A stretch of DNA of 64,000 nucleotides from Eledone cirrhosa (GCA_964016885.1 OZ024751.1:47616001-47680000), one strand, 5' to 3'; shown: positions 26,160 to 41,024, numbered from the stretch's first letter. Numbers and translations: made by a program. The notes: generated from the sequence alone by a model not told the origin.

Positions 26160-28100
26160 AGTAGGTTGATCTACCAGTCAGAGACTCGATCGAGGGATTA
26201 AATAGGTGTACATGGTGAACGTGGTAGTAGGTTGATCAGTCAGACAGATGTTTGATCCAGTGTTTAAATATGTACATGTGGTGAACGTAGTTGTAGGCTG
26301 CTCTACCCGTCAGAGACTTGATCGAGGGATTAAATAGGTGTACGTGGTGGAGTAGTTATAGGTTAATCAACCAGGTAAGGACTTGATCCTATGCATGAAT
26401 ATGCGTACGACGTGAGTCCGGTAGTAGTTTGGTCAACCAGGCAGACATGATCCAGTGATTATATAAGTGTACGTGATGAACGTGGTAGTAGGTTGATCAA
26501 ACAGTCAGAGACCTGATCCAGTGATTATATAAGTGTACGTGATGAAAGAGGTAGTAGTTTGGTCAACCAGGCAGACATGATCCAGTGATTATATAAGTGT
26601 ACGTGATGAACGTGGTAGTAGGTTGATCAAACAGTTAGAGACCTGATCCAGTGATTATATAAGTGTACGTGGTGAACGTGGTAGTAGGTTGATCAAACAG
26701 TTAGAGACCTGATCCAGTGATTATATAAGTGTACGTGATGAAAGTGGTAGTAGGTTGATCAAACAGTCAGAGACCTGATCCAGTGATTATATAAGTGTAC
26801 GTGATGAAAGTGGTAGTAGGTTGATCAAACAGTTAGAGACCTGATCCAGTGATTATATAAGTGTACGTGATGAAAGTGGTAGTAGGTTGATCAAACAGTC
26901 AGAGACCTGATCCAGTGATTATATAAGTGTACGTGGTGAACGTGGTAGTAGGTTGATCAAACAGTTAGAGACCTGATCCAGTGATTATATAAGTGTACGT
27001 GATGAACGTGGTAGTAGTTTGGTCAACCAGGCAGACATGATCCAGTGATTATATAAGTGTACGTGATGAATGTGGTAGTAGGTTGATCAAACAGTCAGAG
27101 ACCTGATCCAGTGATTATATAAGTGTACGTGATGAACGTGGTAGTAGTTTGGTCAACCAGGCAGACATGATCCAGTGATTATATAAGTGTACGTGATGAA
27201 TGTGGTAGTAGGTTGATCAAACAGTCAGAGACCTGATCCAGTGATTATATAAGTGTACGTGATGAACGTGGTAGTAGTTTGGTCAACCAGGCAGACATGA
27301 TCCAGTGATTATATAAGTGTACGTGGTGAACGTGGTAGTAGGTTGATCAAACAGTTAGAGACCTGATCCAGTGATTATATAAGTGTACGTGATGAACGTG
27401 GTAGTAGGTTGATCAAACAGTTAGAGACCTGATCCAGTGATTATATAAGTGTACGTGGTGAACGTGGTAGTAGGTTGATCAAACAGTTAGAGACCTGATC
27501 CAGTGATTATATAAGTGTACGTGGTGAACGTGGTAGTAGGTTGATCAAACAGTTAGAGACCTGATCCAGTGATTATATAAGTGTACGTGGTGAACGTGGT
27601 AGTAGGTTGATCAAACAGTTAGAGACCTGATCCAGTGATTATATAAGTGTACGTGGTGAACGTGGTAGTAGGTTGATCAAATAGTTAGAGACCTGATCCA
27701 GTGATTATATAAGTGTACGTGGTGAACGTGGTAGTAGGTTGATCAAACAGTTAGAGACCTAATCCAGTGATTATATAAGTGTACGTGGTGAACGTGGTAG
27801 TAGGTTGATCAAACAGTTAGAGACCTGATCCAGTGATTATATAAGTGTACGTGGTGAACGTGGTAGTAGGTTGATCAAACAGTCAGAGACCTGATCCAGT
27901 GATTATATAAGTGTACGTTGTGAACGTGGTAGTAGGTTGATCAAACAGTTAGAGACCTGATCCAGTGATTATATAAGTGTACGTGGTGAACGTGGTAGTA
28001 GGTTGATCAAACAGTTAGAGACCTGATCCAGTGATTATATAAGTGTACGTGGTGAACGTGGTAGTAGGTTGATCAAACAGTTAGAGATATGATCGAGTGC
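26160..28100. repeat. 66-bp tandem satellite/minisatellite, about 29 units
   Basis: Unit TTGATCAAACAGTTAGAGACCTGATCCAGTGATTATATAAGTGTACGTGGTGAACGTGGTAGTAGG (period 66, e.g. 27541 to 27607); 64-bp variant units; stop codons in all six frames. Confidence 0.95.
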
Positions 28101-29099
28101 AAAAACAGGTGAACGAGGTGAACGAGGCCTGTGGGTGATGTGTGCTGGCAGGTAAATTAATTTGAAAGGTTTTCAACATTTATCGATATTAGATTCAAAG
28201 AAAGGTTCTTTTAACTTCATTCAACTGATACCATCAATGCTGTTCAATACTTGAGTGGTTTGGCACTAATGGGTTTTGTTGAATCGATTCATTATCTTCG
28301 AAAAGCTCTCTGCTAATGGATTTACTAAATTTAGATAGTATTTTACCAACACCTGTTGCGACAGTAACCCGCAGTTGACCATTCATATTATAAGCTACCA
28401 GGTGATTCTTACCTCTTTAAAATAAGTGTTTTGGGACAATTCCAAGCAGCAGTTTTCTAGACATCATTCTTTATAACATAATTCTCCAAACATTAATTTT
28501 TCTTTCGTAACGCTGTCTCCTCTTTTCGGTCAATTTCAGCCTACACAAATCTTTCAACCAACGAAGAAGCCACTGCATAGTCTTCCGATCTACGAGAAAT
28601 AACTGGGAAATGCCCTCCTACCCCTTTAAATCCCAAACCATTGTTTTAAATACGTAAATAACATATGGGATATTGTAGTATTTGATATAAAGATCGGGTG
28701 GTTACAATGGAAACTACTTCAAGGATAAGTTCGCTTGATCATGACATCATGACTAAGGTGGGACGGTACATTAAAAATGAAAACCAATCATTTTCAATTG
28801 AGATGTTTACACGATATCAACATCATCATTTTCCTGCAACTGGTACAGCCAGTCGTTTTAGGCGCTTTCGCAGTCAGCCGTCACCAATGGTCTCTATTCT
28901 CTGTCATGTGTAGAAGTAGCTGATATTAATTCAAAGCACCTCAAAGACCAAATGTTTCTGTCAGTGTTACCGAAAGGTGATATACAAGTTCGAGATAAAT
29001 TCTACAGGTATGGCAGTTCCATCTTGCTGAGCTTGTCCAAGATTCTTGGAGTAAGACGAAACCGTGTTTATATCTCTTCGATAGAGTCCGAATGTAGTT

Positions 29100-29700
29100 G
29101 AATTAAGGAGTTACGTAGAACGGATGTCTCGGCATTTTACATTCCTAGTTCAAAACTCGATGACGTAAACTTTGTCTTCCATCCTTCCGGATTCGATAAA
29201 GTAGAGTACCAGTCAAATACTAGGGTTGATATAATCGACTCCCCCCCCCCCCCCATTGTTGGCCTTGTGCCTATGTTAGACACCAGCGTTATTATTATTA
29301 GGGCGGCGGATTGGCAGTATCGGTAGAAGGTCGGACACCAAGCAATGACGCATAGAGTTACGGCCCTTGCCATTCTGAGTTCAAATCCTGCCAAGGTTAA
29401 CTTTGCCTTTCATCCTTACGGGGTCGATAAAATAAAGTACCAGTAATACACTGGGGTAATTGCTGGCCTTGTGCCAAACAGTAGAAACAATTATTATTAT
29501 TTCTGTGGATTGGCAGTATCGGTAGAAGGTCGAACGCCATGCTTAGCAACATAGAGTTACGCCTCTTTACGGTCTGAGTTCAAATCCCGCCGAGGTGAAC
29601 TTTGCCTTTCACCCTTACGGGGTCGATAAAATAAAGTACCAGTAATACACTGGGGTAATTGCTGGCCTATTGCCAAAAATAGAAACAGTTATTGTTATTG
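29100..29700 (+). mobile_element. Three head-to-tail SINE copies
   Basis: Older copy about 29100-29290, then 29301-29500 and 29505-29700, each beginning right after the ATT tail of the previous one. Confidence 0.85.
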
Positions 29701-30195
29701 ATAGAATGGCTGCTGTTACTGTTGTTGCTCTCACTGCTGATGTTGCTGTTGCTGTTGTAGTTGTTGCTGAATATCAGTCAAAATCATACCGGAAGTCGAG
29801 TAGTAGCCATAAAAGCATGTTGTAAATTGTTTGTATAAGTACAAATGTCAATACATTAGGGGAAAGCAACAGTGGAATGTTGTGTATATGCATGTGTGTT
29901 TAGGTGGGGTTGTATGGTGGTATAATGCTCAAGGACGGTGTTTGTATGTATATGTGTGTTTAGGGGGGTTGTATAGTCGGATTTTACACAAGGATGGTGT
30001 TTGTATGTATATGTGTGTTTAGAGAGGGTTGTATGGTCGGATAGTGTTCAAGGATTTTCCCCCATTCAGGAACGTGTTGGTGGTGGGGCTGGTGTTGCTG
30101 TGATATTGTGTTTGGGAAGTTGTGGAGTTACTGAACAAATATTTATTTCAATCTCGAAAATCCTATCGTTTCCTCTTCGAGATACTTCATTGCTG

Positions 30196-30254
<59 letters not shown>

Positions 30255-30289
30255 TTGACCTTGTGCCTAAATCAGAAATCATCATCATT

Positions 30290-30910
30290 AACATTACTAT
30301 TAAGGCCATCAATTTTGAAGGAGGTGAATGTCGACTAAACCATCAAAATCATCAACTCCAGTGCATTACTGGTACTTTATTTTATAGACCTCGTAAGGAT
30401 GAAAGGCAAAGCTAACCTCGGCGGGATTCGAACTCAGAACGTAAAGGTCCGTAACTCTATATCACGAAGCAGGAGTCGGCATAGAGTGACGGACAGAATT
30501 TCTGGCCTTGTGCCTATAAAAGAAACCATTGGATTGGCAGTATCGGTAGAGGGTCGGACACCATACTTTGCAGCAAAGAGTTACGGCCCTTTATGGTCTG
30601 AGTTCAAATCCCGCCGAGGTAAACTTTGCCTTTCATCCTTACGGGGTCGATAAAACAAAGTACCAGTAATGCACTGGGATAATTGCTGGCCTTGTGCCAA
30701 ATGTAGAAATAATAATTATTATTATTATAAGAACAGTGAAGGAGTATAAAGCATTGGGACATAATACCTTGCAGTATTTACTTTCGTACATTTTCTTTCC
30801 AGCTGTGTTTAAATCCCACCGAGGTCGAGTTTGTTCTTTAACCTTTTCCCGACGAGATGTAGGTTGATAAATTAAATGACAGTCAAGTGCTGAGATCGAT
30901 TAAATATCAA
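30290..30910. mobile_element. SINE cluster (minus 30290-30470, plus 30530-30730, degraded 30760-30910)
   Basis: Matches to SINE consensus. Confidence 0.75.
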
Positions 30911-31204
30911 ACGTTTCCTCATTAGAATTATGATTAATTCCATAGCTATTGATTTCTACTTTAGCGATAAAGTATTGGAATTATATCCAGCCAGAAACGA
31001 GACAGCAACAACAACGATAAGAACAAAATAAGAGCAACAATAAGAGAGCAACAATAACAACAACAACAACAACAATAAGAGCAACAATAACAACTAAAAG
31101 AGATTATGATATTACGGGAATAATAAGTTAAAGTGGGTGAATTCAAGAATACGAATGAAGAATGATTAAAATAGAACGATATGCTGTCTTGCTGGAGGAC
31201 GTGT

Positions 31205-31521
31205 AGGTGTAGTAGTGGTGGTGGTGGTAGTAGTAGCAGTGGTGGTGGTGGTGGGTGTGGTGGTGGTAGTGGTAGTAGTAATAGTGGAAGTGATGGTGGT
31301 GGTGGCGGTAGTAGTGGTGGCGGTGGTAGTAGTAGTAGTGGTGGTGGTGGTGGTGGTGGGTGTGGTAGTTGTAGTAGTAGTAGTGGTAGTGGTAGTGGTG
31401 GTGGTAGTAGTAGTAGTAGTGGTGGTGGTGGTAGTTGGTGGTAGTGGCGGTGGTGGCAGTAGTGGTAGTGGTGGTGCTTATAGTAGCAGTGGTGGTGGTG
31501 GTAGTAGTAGTAGTGGTGATG

Positions 31522-31567
<46 letters not shown>
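31205..31567. repeat. (GGT/AGT)n trinucleotide low-complexity tract
   Basis: Directly visible. Confidence 0.9.
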
Positions 31568-31701
31568 ATCTTGTTCCTATTTTCATCTCATGAATATTGT
31601 TTCTATTATCATGGCTTTTTTTTTCTTATCCCCCCCTCCCCACCCCCCCCTCCTCCCCCTACTACTATTAATAATAATAATAATAGTAGTAATAATTGCA
31701 C

Positions 31702-31792
<91 letters not shown>

Positions 31793-31835
31793 TGCCCAAG
31801 ACACGCTTACGACTGAACCTAGCATTAAAAGTGCA

Positions 31836-31870
<35 letters not shown>

Positions 31871-31903
31871 TTGTGTGTCTATGGATGTATTCATGTACGT
31901 AGG

Positions 31904-31941
<38 letters not shown>

Positions 31942-31946
31942 GTGCG

Positions 31947-31984
<38 letters not shown>

Positions 31985-32023
31985 GTGCGTATATATATAT
32001 ATATGTGTGTGTGTGTGTGGTGC

Positions 32024-32076
<53 letters not shown>

Positions 32077-32346
32077 CGTTTGTATGTATATGTTTATGTA
32101 TGCATACCTAAAAGAGTTCATATCATTGCCAGTGAAAAGGTCGGAAATGATTGCACAAGGAACACATTAAATAAAACAGACACGAAAATATAAAAATGAT
32201 AGTTTGAAGGACTGGTAGATTACAACTAACGAGAATACTCCAGAATACTACATTGTGAACGACCGAATAAAATTGAAGGAAAACGATTGGTGGAAAGCTC
32301 TGATCTCTGGTACATAGTGTTTGAGATGATGATGATGATAATCATG

Positions 32347-32396
<50 letters not shown>

Positions 32397-32399
32397 GAG

Positions 32400-32583
32400 G
32401 GCGGTGGATTGGCAGTATCGTTAGAGGGTCAGGCACCATGCTTTCCAGCATAGTTACAACCCTTTACAATCTGAGTTCAAATCGCGCCGAGGTTGACTTT
32501 GCCTTTCATCCTTACGGGGCCGATAAAATAAAGTACCAGTTATACACTGGGTGATTGCTGGCCTTGTGCCTAAAGTAGAAACA

Positions 32584-32620
<37 letters not shown>

Positions 32621-33082
32621 GGATGATCAAGGGGCAGTCGATTTGCAAGGGACGGTGGATTGGCAGTATCGGTAGAGGGTCGGACGCCATGATTGGCGCA
32701 TAGAGTTACGGCCCTTGACATTCTGAGTTCAAATCCAGCCGAGATTAACTTTGCCTTTCATCCTTACGGGGTTCGATAAAATAAAGTACCAGTAATACAA
32801 TGCGGAATTGCTGGCCTTGTGCGAAAAGAAGAAACAATTATTAGGATAATATTAATAATGTATTCTTATTTAGGCACAAGGCCAGCAATTTTTTTTTGGG
32901 GGGGGAGGCGAAAGTCGATTAAATCGACCCCAGAGCGTGACTGGTACTTTATTTTATCGACCCCTTAAGGATGAAAGGTAAAGTTAACCTTGGCGGGATT
33001 TGAAGTCAGAACATAAAGGGCTTGAACTCTATGCTACCAAGCATGGCGTCCGATCCTCTACCGATATTGCCAATCCACCGCC
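32400..33082. mobile_element. SINE cluster (plus 32400-32620, plus 32650-32840, minus 32870-33082)
   Basis: Matches to SINE consensus; first copy is preceded and followed by (ATT)n. Confidence 0.85.
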
Positions 33083-33971
33083 GTAGGATAATATTAATAA
33101 TGATGATAGAGAGGATGATAATTATGATGATGCTGATGATGATGATGATAGTTGTGAGGGTGGTAATTGAGATAATATTAATAATGAGGCTAGTGATGAT
33201 AATAATAATGATGATGATACGATGATGATGATGATGAGAATTAATATGAAGAATAAGGAAAATATTGCGAAGAAGGTGGAAAAAGAAAGGAAGAAAGAAA
33301 GAAAGACAGAGATAACAAACACATGAATTAAAACAAAAACAAAAACAAAAAAAAAAGAAAATGAAGAAAACAAACGCAAAAACAAGAAGAAAAAAAACTC
33401 GACGACTATAAAGAAATAAAGAAGAAGAAAGAAACTAGAAAAAGACGAGAAGAAAGAAATATAAAACAAATAATAAAGAAAGAACCATCACAACAACAAC
33501 AACAACGTCAAGAACATTGTTAGTTGAATACTTCAAAAAGACTATAACCATCCATTTGCAATCACATGTCACGGTTTCTATGTATCCTATCGTTATTATC
33601 TCCCCCTTTTTTTAACGCCTGGAGCCCTTAAAAGGATTCATCAATCAAACACAGTGAAGAGAAGAACATCACTTATCACGACATGTGCTGACACCTGGCG
33701 ATACTTCAACTATAAAGTCAAGCCGATCACTGCACTAAAATGGCGGTTGGTTGGGTTTTTTTTTTTTTTGGGGGGGGGGGGGGGGGTTGTTATATCTTGT
33801 TACATATTAATATATTTTTGTATTATATTGCTGTTCTTGTTGTTGTTGTCGCTTGTTATTTATTATATATTTCAATTAGTGAAGCATAGCGTCGTTGGTT
33901 TCATTTGGTCAATTAGTGGTTCTCTGCATATCTAATGACCAGAAGGGTGACAAGGGATTCTCTAGAGTGAA

Positions 33972-34024
<53 letters not shown>

Positions 34025-34454
34025 CGTTTATTTTTCATAATTACGTACGAGGTGAACTAGTCTGTCTTTAAATTCCCTTTTTGATATATTCTACAGTGTT
34101 TTTAGGGTTACCGTGTTTGAGCTCAGCTGATGAACGATTCCAGCCGTGACCATCCCCACTGAAAGTTTCGCGAAATAGTCTTTTTAAGACTATACAGAGC
34201 ATTTGTAGTTTTTCCAAATTGAAGGATGAGTATTTAGACTTTATTTTATTTTGAGTTAAGGCTCTATTGATTTTTCCCTGGATATCACAAAATTCTATGG
34301 ATTAATCTATGTCTTGATTTTTTTTTAATTGAGTTTGAATTATTTCCCCACATCTTACGTTAACTATTTTTCCATTTTGACGTTATAGTCACTTATCTAT
34401 TATATAATTATGAAATACTGTTGGCTTCACGGTCACAATAATTTCTATACTTTA

Positions 34455-34560
<106 letters not shown>

Positions 34561-34765
34561 ATATATATATATATGTATGTATATATAAAATTATATGTAT
34601 GTATATATGTAGGATTCGAATGTAAATCGGGAGGCGACCAGAGTCAATAAGTGACTCAGTACGTTAGTAGAAATTTAGTATATTCATTTTATTATAGAAA
34701 TGACTTCGACAGGACTAAAACTGTTTCATTCGTAAAAATATCATGTCATGTATAATAAAATAAAC

Positions 34766-34807
<42 letters not shown>

Positions 34808-34975
34808 GTATATGCATATATATGTATATATATATATGTATATATATATGTATGTATAAATATATATATATATATGAAGTAATTCCGTCGGAAAAGTCCA
34901 GGAAAAAAGAGTGCTCTATGTAGGTAACATAGCTTAATAGTTATTCTCTATGTAGGTAACAGAGCTTAATAGTTA

Positions 34976-35022
<47 letters not shown>

Positions 35023-35812
35023 GACTTTACTTTTGTTGTCACATTGCTATGTTAATCACGCTCGTGTATAACAAAATTATGAATAACACGTTTCTCTAAT
35101 CTAAATTTTCTCAAATCTTTAAAATATATTATTTTTTTCAATCTGTGGTATAATTAGATACCTCATGCAGTGTATCGTTTTGGCACCGCTACATTAGAGG
35201 TAGCTATTATATTAACCCGAGATAAGATCAGTACAGATACATTAAGAAGGATTCATGGTTCAATAAGTGAACAAATTAAATAAATGAGTTATAAAGTAAG
35301 GGTCACGATATTTAGTATGTGTCGTGATGGCAGACATTTTAATAAATTATTTCGTTTCTTTTTCTGTGGTTTAAAAATTGATTGCTTTACGTTGTATATA
35401 AAGAACGGAAAGAAGCGGATACTAAGGTAAAAAACTGAGAAAAACTATATTTCCAGTGGTCTTTCCATTGCTGATACTAGCTGACGGTTGATGCATCTAG
35501 AAAAATCTTCGAAAATTTTCCGATGACAGGAAGTGAGAACTGAATTCAGAAAACCACACAGAAGCGAAGCAAGCATGGCTTCCCATTCGATGTTTTAATA
35601 ATTCCTCAATCCATCAACCCCAGGTTCATGATATATATATTTATCGATTCCGATATGTCTGAAAATATATACACTCCAATGAATGTACCAATTCGCTGTA
35701 TATGAAAAAATGACATAAACTGAGTCATACGCTATATATTTAGAAACTGCCATCTATAACTAAAAGAAGCCGTTATCATGAATATATATATATATAAAGA
35801 TATATATATATA

Positions 35813-35883
<71 letters not shown>

Positions 35884-35884
35884 T

Positions 35885-35969
<85 letters not shown>

Positions 35970-36054
35970 TATATACATATATATATATATACATATATAC
36001 ATATATATATATACATATATACATATATATATATACATATATACATATATATAT

Positions 36055-36089
<35 letters not shown>

Positions 36090-36126
36090 AATCTCTCTCT
36101 CTCTCTTTATATATATATATATATAA

Positions 36127-36205
<79 letters not shown>

Positions 36206-36295
36206 TCTCTATATATATAAAGATATTTATATATATATAAAGATAAGATATATATATATATATGTATAAATATCTCTCTCTCTATATATATATAA

Positions 36296-36328
<33 letters not shown>

Positions 36329-36361
36329 AAAATATATATATATATATATAATTATCTATAA

Positions 36362-36440
<79 letters not shown>

Positions 36441-36690
36441 TCAAAATATGTAAAGATAAAATCATTGTTTAAAACAGTTATCATATATGAAATCTCCAGT
36501 ATGTTTTCGATAAAAGCAGAAAGAACAAAAGCAATGACAAATAAATTCTGAAGATCAAAACAATACAAAACAGGGCATAAAGACAAAATATCTGAAAACT
36601 CCAGTAAAATTCCCCATGAAAAATGTGTTTGTTCAGTCGTGCTAACACCTTACATTTAGCGGAAAATTAAACTCTTTCTCTTCCACGTAC

Positions 36691-36841
<151 letters not shown>

Positions 36842-36843
36842 TA

Positions 36844-36899
<56 letters not shown>

Positions 36900-36916
36900 C
36901 ATTTTTGTATGTATGC

Positions 36917-36964
<48 letters not shown>

Positions 36965-37179
36965 GCATACATACAAAAATGTTTGGTATGTGTATATATA
37001 TATATATATATACATACCAACACAGATATATATGTATATATACATTCATATAAGCAGAAACAAATATTTATATTTGTACAAGTATGCATACACAACATAT
37101 ACAGGCACAGGTGTGTGTACCCCGCCCCCCCCCCTACACACACGAACACACTACGCAAAGACAAAATATAATAATAGTA

Positions 37180-37527
37180 GTTTTTACTTTAGGCACAAGG
37201 CCAGCAATATAAAGGGGAGGAGAGAGTCTATTAAATAGACCCTAGTGCATTACTGATACTTTATTCAAGTGTCGGCGGTATTTGAATTGAGAACACAATG
37301 GAAGTTAACTTGTTAGGTTGATATTAGTACTTCTTCTTCTGCCTCCAATCTAATGTTAATAATAATAATTGTTTCTACTTTAGGCACAAGGCCAGCAATT
37401 CTCCTAGTGAATTACTGGTACTTTATTTTATCGACCTCGTAAGGATGAAAGGCAAAGTTAACCTCGGCGAGATTTGAACTCAGATCATAAAGAGCCGTAA
37501 CTCTTTGCTGCAAATCCACCGCCTTAT

Positions 37528-37566
<39 letters not shown>

Positions 37567-37677
37567 TGTTTCTACGTTAGGCACAAGGCCAGCAATTACC
37601 CAGTGTATTACTGGTACTTTATTTTATCGACCCCGTAAGGATGAAAGGCAAAGTTAACCTCGGCGGGATTTGAACTT
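37180..37677 (-). mobile_element. Three tandem SINE copies, partly truncated
   Basis: Reverse complement of SINE consensus separated by (AAT)n. Confidence 0.8.
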
Positions 37678-37714
37678 GTTAGGTCGATATTAGTACTTCT
37701 TCTTCTGCCTCCAG

Positions 37715-38186
37715 AATAATAATAATAATAATGATTTCTTTATTAACCACAAGGGTTTACATAAAGTAGACATTAAGGACAGTGCAGGACAATACAGGAC
37801 AGGTACAAATGGGCATTTCTGCGTGTAAAAAACAAAAACAGAGGGTGTAACAAAAAATAACAATGAAAAATTCCCCAATAGCGGGGAGACTTCGGAGGGA
37901 CATTTGTGGAGAAAGCCCAGTAAAAGGCCACAATGACACTGACCACCAAGGCAAGTGCCCTCTCCCAGTTTTCCACCTTTAATTTACAGATATATACTCA
38001 GAGTAGGCCCATTCACTCGGGCCATTCTTGCTTCTCTCACCCATCTTTCAACAAAATGCTGGGAAGAGAGCACTTCCCTCTCTACTCTGATTTTCCTTTT
38101 CAAATGAAATTTGAAAAAGTCAATCAGGGCATCACCGAAGAGGTAAGTGCTCGTCTTCAGCCCTTTCAAACGTGTCCACCATACTA
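37715..38186 (-). mobile_element. 5'-truncated copy of the Tx1 LINE (ORF2 C-terminus, 3' UTR, (ATT)n tail)
   Basis: Highly similar to reverse complement of about 62739-63200; encodes ..KGLKTSTYLFGDALIDFFKFHLKRKIRVERE.. Confidence 0.92.
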
Positions 38187-38249
38187 CTACTAATAATAAT
38201 AATAATAATAATAATAATTTTTTTTACTTTTGGCACAAGGCCAGCAATT

Positions 38250-39150
38250 ATGATGACGGTGATGGTGATGATGATGATGATGATGATTATGATGATGATG
38301 ATGATTATGATGATGATGATGATGATGACGTTGATGATGATAATTATGATGATGATGATTATGATGATGATGATGATTATGATGATGATGATGATTATGA
38401 TGATGATGACGACGATGATGATGATGATTCTAATATAAATAATAATAATAGATGTAATTATGATAAGAATCTGTGGAAGAGAACTTCTGGATTAGATTTA
38501 TCCAAGTTACATCTGATGGGAAATACTGGAGTTTGAATTCCGTGATTTTCCTGTAATAAAGATGATGTAAACAAAGGTAATGGTGGTGGTGATGGTGGTG
38601 GTGGTGGTGGTGGTGGTGGTGGTGGTGATGGTGGTGGTGGTGGTGGTGATGGTGGTGGTGGTGGTGGTGGTGAATGGTGGTGGTGGTGGTGGTGAATGGT
38701 GGTGGTGGTGGTGGTGGTGATGGTGGTGGTGGTGGTGGTGGTGGTGATGGTGGTGGTGGTGGTGGTGATGGTGGTGGTGGTGGTGGTGGTGGTGATGGTG
38801 ATGATGGTGATGGTGACGGTGGTGGTGATGGTGGTGGTGGTGGTGGTGGTGGTGGTGGTGGTGGTGATGGTGGTGGTGGTGGTGGTGGTGAATGGTGGCG
38901 GTGGTGGTGGTGGTGGTGGTGGTGGTGGTGGTGAATGGTGGTGGTGGTGGTGATGGTGGTGGTGGTGGTGGTGATGGTGATGATGGTGATGGTGGTGGTG
39001 GTGGTGGTGATGGTGGTGATGGTGGTGGTGGTGGTGGTGGTGATGGTGGTGGTGGTGGTGGTGGTGATGGTGGTGATGGTGGTGGTGGTGGTGGTGATGA
39101 TGATGGTGATGGTCATTGTGAGGATGATGATGATGGTGATGATGATGATT

Positions 39151-39186
<36 letters not shown>

Positions 39187-39215
39187 GTTATGATGGTGAT
39201 GGTGATGATGATGAT
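38250..39215. repeat. (GAT)n and (GGT)n trinucleotide tracts
   Basis: Directly visible. Confidence 0.9.
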
Positions 39216-39679
39216 AATGTTAAACATTATTTATCTTATTCCACATGGATGACGAGAGAGGGGACCTCACAACACAACCAAGACAAATAAATCTAATATA
39301 GAGGACACTACAAATATATATAAATTACTTCGTACTTTCGTGATTACTACAACCTTTATACAGCTTTATAAAGACATCTGTTATGTATTTACTTGCGGTT
39401 ATTTGATGTACATATTCTCTGATGAAACCCCCAATTACAATCGATAATCAAATAAGAATATTTGTCAATTTTCTTTTCAATTTTCAAAGAAATACTTAAT
39501 TTGTCATGTTCACATGTGTATATCCCCAATACATATATTTATATACACATTTACGGAGACTTAAGTTAACCTCTGTGCTGTATTCCACCACCCCAGCTTC
39601 AAAATAATGAGCCAACTCATGCTAGCTTTCCTTTCTGCTGCTCACTCCTTCTGTACAATGAAATACACAACAGCATATA

Positions 39680-39875
39680 CGAGGGTCGACTGAAAAGTTT
39701 ATAGACAGACTAAGATACTCTCCTGGAATGACCAAATGAGGCTTATTTTTCAACATAATAACTGCATTGTTTCTAGCCAGAGACTAATAAGAAGAATTGA
39801 AATTAATGCATGCAAGATTTTTCCGAGCTTTAACATCACTCCTTCATAGTCAGCCTATGACCTTTTATTCATACA
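39680..39875. mobile_element. Mariner-type MITE remnant
   Basis: TA-CGAGGGTCGACTGAAAAGTTTATAGACAGAC ... AGTCAGCCTATGACCTTTT imperfect TIRs; a related end at 53486-53520. Confidence 0.55.
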
Positions 39876-40292
39876 TTGATAAGCGGGGTCAGATTTGATC
39901 GTCATTCTCATGGAGGGGGTGGAATGAGCTAATGGTTAGAATGTGGTAATGATATCATCATTAACTGAACCCTAGTTTGAGACCTTGTGGCTGCAATAGA
40001 AATCAATAACTACTATTTGGATAAGAAGTGACGCAGGCTAGTAAATAGTTTCACTTATAACATGATAAATAGAGACAGCTATAGATAGGTATAGATAGAT
40101 AGATATAGAGATAGCTAGATATGGGTATAGTTAGATATAGATATGGATATAGTTATATATATATATATATATATGGATATAGTTATATAAATATAAATAA
40201 AGCTAAACAGATATAGATAGATAGAGATGAATAGAGATAGATGTAGATATATATAGATATAGATATAGATAGATAGATAGATATATAGATAT

Positions 40293-40429
<137 letters not shown>

Positions 40430-40808
40430 TATATTAAATATGCACATATCTAATGTGGAGACTGAGACGTTGTTGCAGATAGAATCTCATTTGTAATAAT
40501 AGTGCTAACATTAATTAATTTCTTGCATGGTATAAATATATATATATATATATATTGATGTATATATATATATATGTGTGTATATATGTATATATATGTA
40601 CACATGTATATATATATATAAATATAAATATTGATATATATATATATATATATATATAGGAACGAGTAGGACCCCAACGGCTGAGCTCAAGCCGTTTCGA
40701 CGGCTAGCCGTTAGGGTCCTACTCGTTCCTATTACCCACTCTACTACCCTAAGTATTGAGTACTTTGGTGCGTTATGGTCCACTTGGTTCCTTACCACAT
40801 TTTCTTCG

Positions 40809-40844
<36 letters not shown>

Positions 40845-40925
40845 GTTATTCCGGGTTGAATCGGAGGTAACCACAATAAGTAAGGTACTCAATACATAGC
40901 AGAGTATAAAAGTTTTAATATAGAT

Positions 40926-40978
40926 GAGATTCTACAGGACTAGAACTGTTTCATTCATTAGAAATCATCAGGAATCCC
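40926..40978 (-). ncRNA. Family A HHR within a near-perfect palindrome
   Basis: GGGATTC-CTGATGA-tTTC taat GAAt-GAAA-CAG ttctagtc CTG-TA-GAATCTC. Confidence 0.8.
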
Positions 40979-41024
40979 TGATGATTTCTAATGAATGAAA
41001 CAGTTCTAGTCCTGTAGAATCTCA

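Noticed and set aside
26160-28100. CRISPR array or repetitive protein exon
   Set aside because: No unique spacers, no cas genes, eukaryotic context, stop codons in all six frames of the unit
28150-28520. Possible decayed PLE RT fragment on the minus strand
   Set aside because: Only vague resemblance, with stops; needs a tBLASTx/HMM search
31143-31586. His/Tyr/Thr-rich or Gly/Ser-rich protein
   Set aside because: Arises from a GGT/AGT microsatellite with no codon diversity or splice support
38455-38560. Possible minus-strand exon after CTTTATTACAG acceptor-like site
   Set aside because: No recognisable peptide and no convincing donor; needs RNA-seq
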